Part shown: positions 12,306 through 24,713 of the stretch, piece by piece | How the letters are laid out: every line of letters begins with the position of its first letter | How positions within the stretch are numbered: position 1 is the first letter of the stretch | NCBI GenBank assembly: GCA_030390025.1 | Contig: CM059431.1 | Coordinates: forward strand, 99,884,001-99,948,000 | Length of the DNA: 64,000 bases | Direction of reading: 5' to 3' | Source: Squalus acanthias | Taxonomy: Eukaryota | Made by a program: the position numbers and the translations under genes | The notes under the pieces: generated by a model | Seen by the model: only the letters and a program-made list of their open reading frames with translations | Databases searched by the model: none | What the model was told of the DNA's origin: nothing

Positions 12306-13464
12306 ACAGAAAGATATTTTGCATCCATCCTTTTCTAACACAATAGTCCTTCCTCTAACCACTCTGGTCTACCATCCCCAATAAAAACTGTCAGGAAGCA
12401 CGCACCGGGAAAGCCCTGCCGGGTTTAGCAGGAGCAGCAGCAGCGAATTACTTCCCTCCTCCTGTTCTCCTCGGAGTCACGGTGTGATTCCGATCTGACT
12501 CACAGTTTGATCAACTATGGCCTTGGCAGAGAACAAAAATAACTATTCGCTCTACCAGGCTTCGAAAATTCAGGATTAAGAGTGCTGCGTCTCTCTTAAA
12601 TGCTACATAGTGGAGCCCCGTGGGTGATCAGTGTTCACTGACTTTCATCGCAGGATTGTTACAAAACCCTCGACTTAAATAAAAATCTGAGACATAAAAA
12701 ACAATTGGAATCGTTTTGCAAAGGCCAACCGTGTCTGTGAATTGATCACGATCAAATTAATTTTACGATTGATTAGATTTCTAATTTGATGAAGACAGAT
12801 TCGCTGGGAATAGGCTGGATGAGCTGATAGGCTCCCCAGGGCAATGCAATCCTCGCTCAGAGTTTTGGCTGTTCCCAAGCCCGGGGGGTAATATCATTTC
12901 ACAGGCCAGGCAATGGAAACTCTTCTACTCTATCCTCAGGAGACAAATACAAAACGCCAAAATATCAAAAAAATGTTATCCGAGCTCACTGGTGTGAATA
13001 AAAGCCATGGCTTCAAATATAGCGACAGCATGAGTAAGAGTCATTGCAATTGGAACATTCCTTCGCAAAGCTAAAGCCCCTAAGGAGTACGGGTGGAGCA
13101 TGATTTTGAGAGGAATGTGACTAATACTGGGCCACGCAATACAGAATGTGAGAACCTAAATCGAGTTAATTCCTGCTAAGTAGACTAAAAGATTATTTTC
13201 CTCTTCACGGCGCATGGAGTGGGGGCGGGGGGGGGGGGGGATCAGCACTTCCCAGGCTGTGAAGAGGAAAAGAGGTCAGAGACCTGCTTTGTCAGATCTC
13301 TGCACCACCACCCCCCCACTCCCCCACCGCACCTGCCTCACCTCACCGGCCCCTGCCTTGCCCTGGCATTTCCTGGGGCTTCCCCAATGAGCATAATTGA
13401 GCCAGTGCCTGTAATAGGCACTGCTCGGTGTTCCTAAATTAATGAGGATGGAGAGGAGGCATTT

Positions 13465-14025
13465 CATAGAATTCCATTGAATTTACAGCACAGAAACAGG
13501 CCATTCGGCCCAACTGGTCCGTGCCGGTGTTTCTGCTCCACACGAGCCTCCTCCCACCCCTCTTCATCTCACCCTGTCAGCATATCCTTCTATTCCTTTC
13601 TCCCTCGTGTTTATCCAGCTTCCCCTTAAATGTATCTATACTATTCGCTTCAACCACTCCCTGTGGTAGCGAGTTCCACATTCTCTCCACTCTCTGGGTG
13701 AAGAAGTTTCTCCTGAATCCCCTATTGGATTTATTAGTGACTATCTTACATTTATGGCCCCTAGTTTTGGTCTCTCCCACAAGTGGAAACACCTTCTCTA
13801 CATCTACCCTATCGAACCCTATCATAATTTTAAAGACCTCTATCAGGTCACCCCTCTGTCTTCTCTTTTCTAGCAAAAAAAATCCCAGCCTGTTCAATCT
13901 TTCCTGATAAGGATATCCTCTCAGTTCTGGTAGCATCCCAGTCAATCTTTTTTTGCACCTTCTCCAGTGCCTCTATCTCCTTTTCATAATATGGTGACCA
14001 GAACTGTGCAGAGTGCTCCAAGTGT
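13465..14025 (-). mobile_element. CR1 3' fragment
   Basis: ORF 13577..13945 (RGDLIEVFKIM...FFTQRVERMWNSLP). Confidence 0.9.
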
Positions 14026-14237
14026 GGACTTCTGGCCTCCCGTTTTCTATGCTCCTTGGGCAGTCCAGCATAGGTCCCTGAAGGTTTTTTGCCACCGGGT
14101 CCTACCCCCTAGATCCCTCTGGACTGGAGAGCTTGCAGGGTTTCTGGGGTCGGGCTGAAGATTAAGCTGCCAAGTTTTTTTTATTCCTCTTCCCCACAAA
14201 AGTTGAGTTGAAATTTTTATGACTCTCATGACATTCA

Positions 14238-16551
14238 TGATAATTAGCAATCTTGTTGTGCGAGGCCCCTTGGGGCGGAGCGATCATAATATGATCGAAT
14301 TCTTCATTAAGATGGAGAGTGAAGTATTTGACTCAGAGACTAGGGTCCTGAATTTAAATAAAGGAAACTACGATGGTATGAGGCGCGAATTGGGTAGGAT
14401 TGATTGGGGAATGTTACTCAAAGGGTTGACGGTGGATAGGCAATGGCAAACATTTAAAGATCGCATGGATGAACTACAGAATTTGTTCATCCCTGTTTGG
14501 CATAAAAATAAAACAAAAAATGTGAATCAACCGTGGCTAACAAGGGAAATTAGGGATAGCATAAGATCCAAGGAGAGGACATATAAATTGGCCAGAAAAA
14601 GCAGCAAACCTGAGGATTGGGAGCAGTTTAGGATTCAGCAAAGGAGGACAAAGGGATTAATTAAGAGGGGGAAAATAGAGTATGAGAGTAAGCTTTCAGG
14701 GAACATAAAAACTGACTGTAAAAGTTTCTATAGATATGTGAAGAGAAAAAGATTGGTGAAGTCAAGCGTAGGTCCCTTGCAGTCAGAATCAGGGGAATTT
14801 ATAATAGGGAACAAAGAAATGGCAGACAAATTAAATACATACTTTGGTTCTGTCTTCACAAAGGAGGACACAAATAACCTCCCAGAGATGTCGGGGAACA
14901 TAGGGTCTAATGAGAGGGAGGAACTGAAAGAAATCAGTATTTGTAGGGAAATGGTGCCAATAAATCCCCAGGGTCTGATAATCTACATCCTAGGGTACTT
15001 AAGGAAGTGGCCCTAGAAATAGTAGATGCATTGCTGGTCATCTTCCAAAATTCTATAGACTCTGGAACAGTTCCCATGGATTGGAGGGTAGCTAATGTTA
15101 CCCCACTATTCAAAAAAGGTGGTAGAGAGAAAACGGGGAATTATAGACCGGTAAGCCTGATATCGGTAGTGGGGAAAATGCTAGAGTCCATTATAAAAGA
15201 TGTAATAGCAGAGCACTTGGAAAACAGTGACAGGATCGGTCAAAGTCAACATGGATTTACAAAAGGTAAATCGTGCTTGACTAATCTACTGGAATTTTTT
15301 GAGGATGTAACTGGTAGAATAGATAAGGGAGAACCAGTGGATGTGGTGTATTTGGACTATCAGAAGGCTTTCGATAAGGTCCCGCATAAGAGATTAGCGT
15401 GTAAAGTTAAGGCACATGGGATTGGGGGCAGGGTACTGACTTGGATAGAGAACTGGTTGGCAGACAGGAAGCAAAGAGTTGGAATAAACGGGTCTTTTTC
15501 CGAGTGGCAGGCAGTGACTAGTGGGGTACCGCAGGGATCGGTCCTGGGACCCCAGCTATTCACAATATATATTAATGATCTAGACGAGGGAACTAGATGT
15601 AATATCTCCAAGTTTGCAGATGACACAAAGCTGGGTGGGCGTGTGTGCTGTGAGGAGGATGCCGAGAAACTCCAGTATGATTTGGATAGGTTGGGTGATT
15701 GGGCAGATGCATGGCAAATGCAGTACAATGTGGATAAATGCGAGGTTATCCACTTTGGTGGCAAAAACAGGAAGGCAGATTATTATCTGTACGGCAATAG
15801 ATTGGGAAAAGGGGAAGTGCAACGAGACCTGGGTGTCCTTGTGCACCAGTCGCTGAAGGTAAGCATGCAGGTGCAGCAGGCGGTTAAGAAGGCAAATGGT
15901 ATGTTGGCCTTCGTAGCGAGAGGGTTCGAGTACAGGAACAAGGATGTCTTGCTGCAGTTGTACAGAGCCTTGGTGAGACCACATCTTGAGTATTGTGTGC
16001 AGTTTTGGTCGCCTTATCTGAGGAAGGATGTTCTTGCCATGGAGGGAGTGCAGCGAAGATTCACCAGACTGATACCTGGGATGGCAGGAATGACGTATGA
16101 GGAGAGATTGGGTCGATTGGGCTTATATTCGCTGGAGTTTAGAAGAATGAGAGGGGATCTCATTGAAACTTATAAAATTCTAACAGGACTAGACAGACTA
16201 GATGCAGGAAGGATGTTCCCGATGGCCGGGGAGTCCAGAACCAGGGGTCACAGTCTAAGGATAAGGGGTAAGCCATTTAGGACAGAGATGAGGAGGAATT
16301 TCTTCACCCAGAGAGTGGTGAACCTGTGGAATTCTCTACCACAGAAGGCAGTTGAGGCCAACTCATTAAATATATTCAAGAAGGAGTTAGATATATTTCT
16401 TAAGGCTAAAGGGATCAAGGGATATGGGGAGAAGGCAGGGACAGGGTACTGAATTTGGATGATCAGCCATGATCTCATTGAATGGCGGAGCAGGCTCGAG
16501 GGGCCGAATGGCCGACTCCTGCTCCTATCTTCTATGATTCTATGATTCTAT
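14238..16551 (+). mobile_element. Long 5'-truncated CR1 LINE (most of ORF2), one small frameshifting deletion
   Basis: ORF 14219..15016 (LGRSDHNMIEF) and ORF 15007..16452 (481 aa, complete RT: GNYRPVSL, QHGF..GKSCLTNLL, FADD), with a (TCTATGAT)n tail. Confidence 0.96.
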
Positions 16552-16992
16552 AAAAGGGTTAAATTATGAGGACAGGTTGCATCGACTAGGCTTGTATTCC
16601 CTTGAGTATAGAAGATTAAGGGGTGATCTAATTGAGGTGTTTTAGATGATTAAAGGATTTGATGGGGTAGAGAGAGAGAAACTATTTCCTCTGTTGGGGG
16701 AGTCCAGAACAAGGGGGCATAACCTTAAAATTAGAGCCAGGCCGTTCAGGGGTGATGTCAGGAAGCACTTCTTCACACAAAGGGTGGTGGAAATCTGGAA
16801 CTCTCCCCCAAAAAGCTGTTGAGGCTGGGGGTCAACTGAAAATTTCTCAACTGAGATCGATAGATTTTTGTTGGGTAAGGGTATTAAGGGATACGGAACC
16901 AAGGTGGGTAGATGGAGTTAAGATACAGATCAGCCACGATCTGATTGAATGGCGGAACAGGCTCGAGGGGCTGAATGGCCTCCTCCTGTTCT
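16552..16992 (+). mobile_element. CR1 3' fragment (different subfamily)
   Basis: RT C-terminal coding remnant and 3' UTR directly after the previous CR1 tail. Confidence 0.85.
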
Positions 16993-17192
16993 GAAGTTCC
17001 GAACTGAGTGCTTCTCTCCAGAAGCTGCGTCTGAAATTCTTGTGTGACCTACAAACGGCCAGTGGGGAATATAAACCACAGGCAGCGACTTCTTCTGTGG
17101 CAGTCCGGAGGTACACTGTGTCTATCAGGTGCCCAGAGGACGTTCAATCGAAGAAAATCTATACTGTACGAGAATCAGATTTCAAAGATCTT

Positions 17193-17910
17193 GGGGCGAC
17201 ATTTGGAGTCTTTGCGCCTCCCGTCAGGGGCGCTAGTGGGTCACAAATGGCTTGGCGACCGGGCGTGGCGCTGACATCGAGTCCCACCCTATTCAGCGGG
17301 AGTTTTGCGGCTGCGCTACAGCGTTGCGCCCCGCTCTCCTTCACCCGGATATCGTGAAGTCGTCGGCGTGCGCTTCGCCCCAGATTGATTTCCGCCCCCT
17401 GCAGCAGCGCCGGTCGAAAACACCGACAGCTGCAGGAGGCGCGCACCGGGCGGCCGGCCGCTTCGGGGGCGATGATTAAAGGCCAGGTGACCGAGGTAAA
17501 TGGGAAAAATACTTACCTTTCCTGTTGACGTTTTTTTCGCGGGTTCCTGCCCGCCATCGATCAGCCTGGCGCTTTGCTTCAGTGCCGGGCTGATCGCGCG
17601 GGATCGCGGCTGCCTTGGTGGTCCAGGTATTGCAGAGCCTGCAGCGATGGCCCTTCCCTTTAAGGGAGGGAAGGAGCCTTTGAACGCAGCGGCGCTGCAC
17701 GGCCCAGTGTGCAACGCTGCTGAAGTCTCCGCCCCACCTGCTGCCGATTGGATCCAAGAAGGAAGTGGAGCGCTTGATCTGGCGTTCCACTTCCTTCCGG
17801 GAGCGCAAAACCGAATTTTTTAAAAGTTGAAAAACATTGGCGCTTGGTGCTAACTTTCTCAACTTTTAAAAGTTAGCGCCCCAAATGGGGCTATAATGAA
17901 TTTCTCCCCC
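17193..17910. mobile_element. Harbinger-type MITE related to the ~895-bp family (different interior)
   Basis: Right end GCGCCCCAAATGGGG...AATTTCTCCCCC and left TTGCGCCTCCCGT...GGCGCTA match the family subtermini. The left TIR is degenerate. Confidence 0.65.
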
Positions 17911-17914
17911 AGTG

Positions 17915-18290
17915 CCAACAAAAAACAGAAAATGCTGTTAACACTCAGCGGGTCAGGCAGCATTGGTGGAGAGAGAAACAGAGTCAACGTTTCAGGTCGG
18001 TGACCTTTCGTCAGAACTGGAAAAAGTTGGAGATTGACAGATTTTAAGCAAATGCAGAGGCAGGGAAAGCGGGGAGAGGAAAGAACAAAAGGGAAGGTCT
18101 GTGATAGGGTGGAAGGCAGGAGAGATTCAATGACAAAAGGGAGGATGGTGCGAGGCAGAAGGGGGCGGGAATGGGACAAGGTGAAGATGGGTCTAGAGGA
18201 GGTGAAAATGGTGTCAGCAGCTTTGCAGAGAGTGATGGAAGCACAGAGAATCTATTGCCAACTTGTCTTAAAAGAAAAGTCTGCCACAAA
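17915..18290 (-). mobile_element. Penelope-like element 3' region
   Basis: Same 3' sequence as the GIY-YIG-containing copy at 32256-33405; carries a hammerhead motif. Confidence 0.8.
17982..18018 (-). ncRNA. Minimal type I hammerhead ribozyme motif
   Basis: Minus strand AGUU CUGACGA A AGGUC-ACC-GACCU GAAA CG U U GACU: catalytic boxes CUGANGA and GAAA, 5-bp stem II, palindromic ACGU at stem III, stem I AGUU/GACU. Confidence 0.75.
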
Positions 18291-18316
18291 TCTGTGCATT
18301 ATAGAGGTCTGCTTAC

Positions 18317-18457
18317 CTGAACAGAAATTATCGGAGTATCTGTCATATACAGCGTGGCAGTCTCTCTCATCGCACTCGCACGTCGCCCCATGAATGTCAC
18401 CATATTCCCCACTGGGATCCAGGTCGTAACATGTACACTCACCGCAAATGCAATTCC
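18317..18457 (-). CDS. ITGBL1: ITGBL1 coding exon (equivalent to exon 6), 141 bp, phase 1-1
   Basis: Acceptor GTTCTCTCTTCAG and donor GTAAGC. Translates (G)[46 protein letters not shown](G). Confidence 0.95.
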
Positions 18458-18705
18458 CTGAAGAGAGAACACAGCAGGGCTTGACAAGGGCGCTATTGTG
18501 CAGTCATCAAACTCGGCCGTGCTGTGTAATCCGTGCGCGGCTGGTGTAAATTATATTCATTATGTAGTCACTGGAAGTACAGTTCCTTTCTCATCCTCCC
18601 ATCGCAATCTCTTGTTGAAGTGGCACAGTTTTTCCGATGGCAAACCATCTGATCCCCAAATGATCCCTGAATGATATGATTTCTGGGGTAAACTTTACTC
18701 CCGTC

Positions 18706-18989
18706 ACAGAATCACAGAATCACAGAATCCCCACAGTGCAGATAGAGGCCATTTCGGCCTATCGAGCCTGCACCGACACATATCCCACCCTATCCCCGTA
18801 ACCCCACGTATTTAATCCCCCCTAACACTAAGGGTCAATTTATCATAGCCAAATCAACCTAACCCGCACATCTTTGGACTGTGGGAGGAAACCGGAGCAC
18901 CCGAAGGAAACCCACGCAGACACGGGGAGAATGTGCAAACTCCACACAGACAGTCACCCGAGGCCAGATTCGAACCCGGGTCCCTGGCG
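18706..18989 (-). mobile_element. V-SINE (HE1-like elasmobranch SINE), 5'-truncated
   Basis: Minus strand has B-box GGTTCGAATC, V-domain TGTCTGTGTGGAGTTTGCACATTCTCCCCGTGTCTGCGTGGGTTTCC and a CR1-type (ATTCTGTG)n tail. Confidence 0.85.
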
Positions 18990-20047
18990 TCACCTTGAGT
19001 TATTAGATATGGTGGATGAATGGTGTTAGTTATTTAGCACTGCATGTAACACTTTTATTTTTTATTCAATTTGACACACTGGCCTTAGAGATTGGTTCAT
19101 GCCACCTCCATTTTTCAGGCGTAAAAACGGGCGCTGAAGGGCCCAATATGGCAGGTAGCGTGTGCTCACTCGTTCCGCACCGCGATCATGCCACCCGCCA
19201 CAGTGGAAGGGGCTCCTCCTCCACAGGTGCCCAGAGCGCGCACGCCAGCAGTATTTAAAAGCCTCATTGTAATATTTAAATATGATTTACATTTGTTGTA
19301 GGGGCCCTTTGGTGGAAATGACCTGCCCAAGAGCCTGATTCACCGTGTGATGAACACGGCCAGCAAATCACGGCATTAAGAGGCAGCAAGGAGCCTGCCC
19401 CAGAGCGCTGTTTCAAGGGCTCGTCAACCCCATACAGCTTAGTTGCTTGTTTTGTCCTCTTAGGCTTCTGCTTAATATCTGGGTGGGTTTTTTGGGTTGT
19501 TTTCTGACTCTGGGAAGTGGAGTGTTGTGAGTAGTGAGGCTGGAGGTGGTGGAGGTGTGAAGAGAGAGTACCTTGACAACTCTGGTGAGGTCATTGAATT
19601 TTTTTTTGACATTGCAGCCATGTCCTGGGAGCTAGGCTCCTGGATTGACTGTCTCAGTGACCTCGTCCCGAAATTTTTTTTTTAAAGTTTCTTCAAAATT
19701 TTAATTTTTATTAAAATGGATAAATTTGAGACTGCACAAAATTAAAATTCGTTTTTCAGGCCATAGCCTTTGTTTAGCAGCCAATACGCTGTCAAAACCC
19801 CAGTTACACCTAATCCCTTTGGGTCTAACTTTTTGTGGGGTATTTAACAGAGGCATTACCGCGGAAGAGCCCAAGTTTTCGTCAGTGTCCCTGATTTGAG
19901 AGATTTCACTGATTGCCGGCTCTATGTTGGGTGGGGTGCGGGGAGCCACAGCGCAGCCAGTGTCAGAGCAGTGAATGACAGACCGCAACTTCAGGATTTC
20001 CGCGTTAGGCTGAGCAGGCGCTACATCCTGAAGTCGCGGTCAGTTCA

Positions 20048-20702
20048 AGAACATAAGAAATAGGAGCAGGAGTCGGCTATTCGGCCCCTCGAGCCTGCTC
20101 CGCCATTCAATAAGATCATGGCTGATCTTCTACCTCATCTCCACTTTCCTGCACTATCCCCATATCCCTTGATTCCCTTAATATTCAAAAATCTATTGAT
20201 CTCAGTCTTAAATATACTCAACGGCTGAATCTCCACAGCCCTCTGGGGTAGAGAATTCCAAAGATTCACCACCCTCTGAGTGAAGAAATTTCTCCTCATC
20301 TCAGTCCTAAATGGCCGACCCCTTATTCTGAGACTGTGACCCCTGGTTCTAGACTCCCCAGCCAGGGGAAGCATCCTCTCAGCATCTACCCTGTCAAGCC
20401 CTGTAAGAATTTTGTATGTTTCAATGAGATCACCTCTCATTCTTCTAAACTCTAGAGAATATAGGCCTAGTCCACTCAATCTCTCCTCATAGGACAATCC
20501 CCCCATCCCAGGAATCAGTCTGGTGAACCTTCGTTGCACTCCCTCTATGGCAAGTATATCCTTCCTTAGGTAAGGAGACCACAACTGTACACAATACTCC
20601 AGATGTGGTCTCACCAGAGTCCTATATAATTGCAGTAAGACGTCTTTACTCTTATACTCAAATCCTTTTGTAATAAAGGCCAACATATCATTTGCTTTCC
20701 TA
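20048..20702 (-). mobile_element. CR1 3' fragment, inserted within an older MITE-like sequence
   Basis: The C-terminal part of ORF 20135..20899 is CR1 RT (KANDMLAFI...WNSLP). Confidence 0.9.
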
Positions 20703-20926
20703 AGGCGAAATGACGACGAAAGCTGCCAGTTCGCCGTTATCAGGACCGCGAATTCGGGGCCATTACATTTACTCTGATGCTGACATCTGCACAAGATAAA
20801 GATCAATAAAGCAACAACTGATTGTGTGGGTTGTACACACGTCCTCTGATCATTGGCTGAGGGTGGGTTAGTGCAGGAATTTTCACCCATCTCCCCCAAA
20901 TCATTTACTAGATGCCTTCCCCTGGA

Positions 20927-21900
20927 ATTACAGAATCATCGAATGGTTACAGCACAGAAGGAGGCCATTCGGCCCATCGAGCCCGTGCTGGCTCTCTGCA
21001 AGAGCACTTCAGCTAGTCCCGCTCCCCCGCCCTTTCCCCGTAACTAACCCTGCAAATTTTTTTTTTTCATGTACTTATCCAATTCCCTTTTGAAAGCCAC
21101 TCTCTAGAGTTTAGAAGAATGAGAGGTGATCTCATTGAAACATACAAGATTCTGAGAGTGATTGACAGGGTAGATGCTGAGAGGTTGTTTCCCCTGGCTG
21201 GAGTGTCTAGAACTAGGGGTCATAGTCTCAGGATAAGGGGTCGGCCATTTAAGACCGAGATGAGGAGGAATTTCTTCACTCAGAGGGTTGTGAATCTTTA
21301 GAATTCTCTGCCCCAGAGGGCTGTGGATGCTGAGTCTTTGAATATATTCAAGGCTGAGGTCGATAGATTTTTGGACTTCTTATGTTCTTATGTTCTTATG
21401 ATTGAATCTGCCCCCACCACCCTTTCAGGCAGTGCATTCCAGATCCTAACCAGTCGCTGCGTAAAAAGGATTTTCCTCATGTCGCCTTTGGTTCTTCTGT
21501 CAATCGCCTTAAATCTGTGTCCTCTGGTTCGCGACCCTTCCGCCAATGGGAACAGTTTCTCTCCATCTACTCTGTCTGGACCTCTGCAGGTACAGAAGGA
21601 GGCAATTTCAGCCCCTTGAGTGTGCGTCAGTGCTGGCTCCACACTGCAGAAACCTAAACTACTCCCAATTTCCTGATCTCACCCGTTGCTCTTAAATATT
21701 AGAATCTTCGAGTGCTGATCCAAACCGCTGAGATTATTTTCAAACATTTGCTTTGTGGTTCAAAAATTGACAGGAGAATTCAAAATAAAAATTAAGGCAA
21801 TTACATACATGGAATGTACAGCACAGAAACAGGCCATTCGGCCCAACTGGTCCGTGCCGGTGTTTATGCTCCACACCAGCCTCCTCCCACCCCCTCTTCA
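20927..21900. mobile_element. Cluster of short CR1 3' fragments in mixed orientation
   Basis: ORFs 21119..21301 (+) and 21388..21642 (-), plus CR1 tails at ~20930-21100 and ~21805-21900. Confidence 0.8.
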
Positions 21901-22569
21901 TCTGTTATTGTTACACCCGGTGTTTTATCACTTCTTCTGATTCAAATTAAATCCACTTATCAGGTATAATATTCCTGGTCAGCCAGTTCCTTTTTAATCA
22001 CAAGAGCCGTGAGAGTTAAAAAGCAGAAGCTCATATTGCTACGCTCCCGCTGGCAGACCCTTCATGAACTAACAAGGAAGAGCGTCCTCGCTGATCCAGC
22101 ATGGTACCAGGCAGGGAAGTCACTTTGCGCCTTTGACTTGTTTGTTTGCATCCAAGCAAAATCGGGCATCGATGGTGCGGTTTAGACTCCAGTACATGAC
22201 GCTAGTGAACGCTGGCTCAATGAGGTGGTTTCAGACAGAGTCGAAACCAGCCTGTGATTAACACAAGCATTTTCAGGCCAGGCTCTGGGCAATTCTTCTC
22301 GTCTTATGCCAATGACTGTGCACTTTTAAGTTGGGGAACCTACAAGCCCTGGATTTCGGTTGCACTCTGTACTAGTTTCTTGGATAGTGGCCAGCTCAGG
22401 AACATTCTCAATTTGAACTGTCATTCCGAGGTAGCCAAGTAGAACAGCTACTGACAAGATGCTCTCTCTCTCTCTCTCTCTCTTTGCAATTCTTTGCATT
22501 CAGCACATCCATAACCCTCTTTTAAAAAATATATATATATTGTAAAGTAACAGCTTCCCGGCAATAAAG

Positions 22570-23872
22570 TGTCAGCTGTGACTCAGTGGGCAGCACTCTC
22601 GCCTCTGAGTCAGAAGGTCGTGGGTTCAAATCCCCACTCCAGGGACTTGAGCACAAAAATCTAGGCTGACACTCCCAGTGAAGTACTGAGGGAGCGCCGC
22701 ACTGTCGGAGGGGCAGTACTGAGGGAGCGTCGCACTGTCGGAGGGGCAGTACTGAGGGAGCGCCGCACTGTCGGAGGGGCAGTACTGAGGGAGCGCCGCA
22801 CTGTCGGAGGGTCAGTACTGAGGGAGCGCCACACTGTCAGAGGGGCAGTACTGAGGGAGCGCCGCACTGTCGGAGGGTCAGTACTGAGGGAGCGCCACAC
22901 TGTCACAGGGGCAGTACTGAGGGAGCGCCGCACTGTCGGAGGGTCAGTACTGAGGGAGCGCCACACTGTCAGAGGGGCAGTACTGAGGGAGCGCCGCACT
23001 GTCGGAGGGGCAGTACTGAGGGAGCGCCGCACTGTCGGAGGGGCAGTACTGAGGGAGCGCCGCACTGTCGGAGGGGCAGTACTGAGGGAGCGCCGCACTG
23101 TCGGAGGGGCAGTACTGAGGGAGCGCCGCACTGTCGGAGGGGCAGTACTGAGGGAGCGCCGCACTGTCGGAGGGGCAGTACTGAGGGAGCGCCGCACTTT
23201 CGGAGGGGCAGTACTGAGGGAGCGCCGCACTGTCGGAGGGTCAGTACTGAGGGAGCGCCGCACTGTCGGAGGGGCAGTACTGAGGGAGCGCTGCACTGTC
23301 GGAGGGGCAGTACTGAGGGAGCGCCGCACTGTCGGAGGGGCAGTACTGAGGGAGCGCTGCACTAATGGAGGGGCAGTACTGAGGGAGCGCTGCACTGTCG
23401 GAGGGGCAGTACTGAGGGAGTGCCGCACTGTCAGAGGGGCAGTGCTGAGGGAGCGCTGCACTGTCGGAGGGGCAGTACTGAGGGAGCGCTGCACTGTCGG
23501 AGGGGCAGTACTGAGGGAGTGCCGCACTGTCGGAGGTGCCGCCTTTCGGATGAGACGTTAAACCGAGGCCCCGTCTGCTCTCTCAGGTGGGCGTAAAAGA
23601 TCCCATGGCACTGTTTCGAAGAAGAGTAGGGGAGTTCTCCCCGGTGTCCTGGGGCCAATATTTATCCCTCAATCAACATCACTAAAACAGATTATCTGGT
23701 CATTATCACATTGCTGTTTGTGGGAGCTTGCTGTGCGCAAATTGGCTGCCGCGTTTCCCATATTACAGCAGTGACTACACTCCAAAAAAGTACTTCATTG
23801 GCTGTAAAGCACTTTGAGACGTCCGGTGGTCGTGAAAGGCGCTGTAGAAATGCAAGTCTTTCTTTCTTTCTT
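22570..23872 (+). mobile_element. Full-length tRNA/Deu-type SINE containing ~26 units of the 33-bp minisatellite
   Basis: A/B boxes at 22578-22633, array ~22682-23535, then Deu-like domain and (TCTT)n tail. Confidence 0.9.
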
Positions 23873-24049
23873 CGAAATATTTCCATTTCGCAATACTGAG
23901 AGTCTTCAGGCGGCACAAGGTAATACCTGCTTTCTACTGCATTAGGTCGTGTCCCCATCGTACATAACCGAAGCAATCACAGCAGAAGTGGGCAAAGTAA
24001 TTTGCTCTAACTTCCAATCTTTGTCATTAACAATTTCTGAAAGACAGAC

Positions 24050-24190
24050 CTCTGTTGCTGCAGATCTTGCCATCTGGTGACGTGCATTTCCTCTTGCTCT
24101 CCCACGGGGTAATGTCACACTGGAACTCACATTTATCGCCATGCCAACCAGGCACACAGTAGCAGTTGCCGCAGTAACACTTTCCATGGC
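24050..24190 (-). CDS. ITGBL1: ITGBL1 coding exon (equivalent to exon 5), 141 bp, phase 1-1
   Basis: Acceptor TTTCTTGTGGTTTAAG and donor GTCTGT. Translates (G)[46 protein letters not shown](G). Confidence 0.95.
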
Positions 24191-24713
24191 CTTAAACCAC
24201 AAGAAATATCGGGTAAAGCAGTGAAATCACAATTTAAGAATATTTCAACATTTTTGTTTCACGGAATTATTTTTGGCAATTGCTCTTTGTGAGTAATTTC
24301 AAAGTAATTCGACACACTTCTTCCAGACAGATGCTATCTTCGGCTTATAAAATAATTTCTATTTCTTGCACAAACACCAGTTTCTAATGTCAAGAAATTC
24401 CCCACGCACAATCTAATTATTTCACAGAAGTGGGTAAAAAGATTTAATTAAAGATAAACCCTGATTCAGTCGTACAGTTGCCAGATAGCTAGCTGTCTGA
24501 AGTAAGTGACCTGTTTAGACGACAAGTGAAATGGATCGTGAATCTTAGTCGGAATCGAAATGGAATAGAATGCTTGTTTCATACATTGCACCAAAAGGAT
24601 TTTAAATAGTTCTGCAGAACCTCAAAAGATTTTCCTGAGAGCCCCACATCACCTATAGGAGTTTTGAAAAATATATTCTGCTTAATAAAGGGTTCCAGTC
24701 GATCATAGTCATA

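Noticed and set aside
15007..16452. Active autonomous CR1 (481-aa RT ORF)
   Set aside because: 5'-truncated (no ORF1, most of the endonuclease missing) and frameshifted at ~14950.
22570..22640. tRNA gene (also 3393-3465 and 26170-26240)
   Set aside because: A/B boxes are present but continue into SINE body; no acceptor stem or cloverleaf closure.
22682..23535. 33-bp palindrome-containing repeat arrays (also 3501-4156, 60093-60680, 63477-64000) as CRISPR arrays
   Set aside because: Units are head-to-tail with no unique spacers, there are no cas genes, and the arrays are embedded in a eukaryotic tRNA-SINE.
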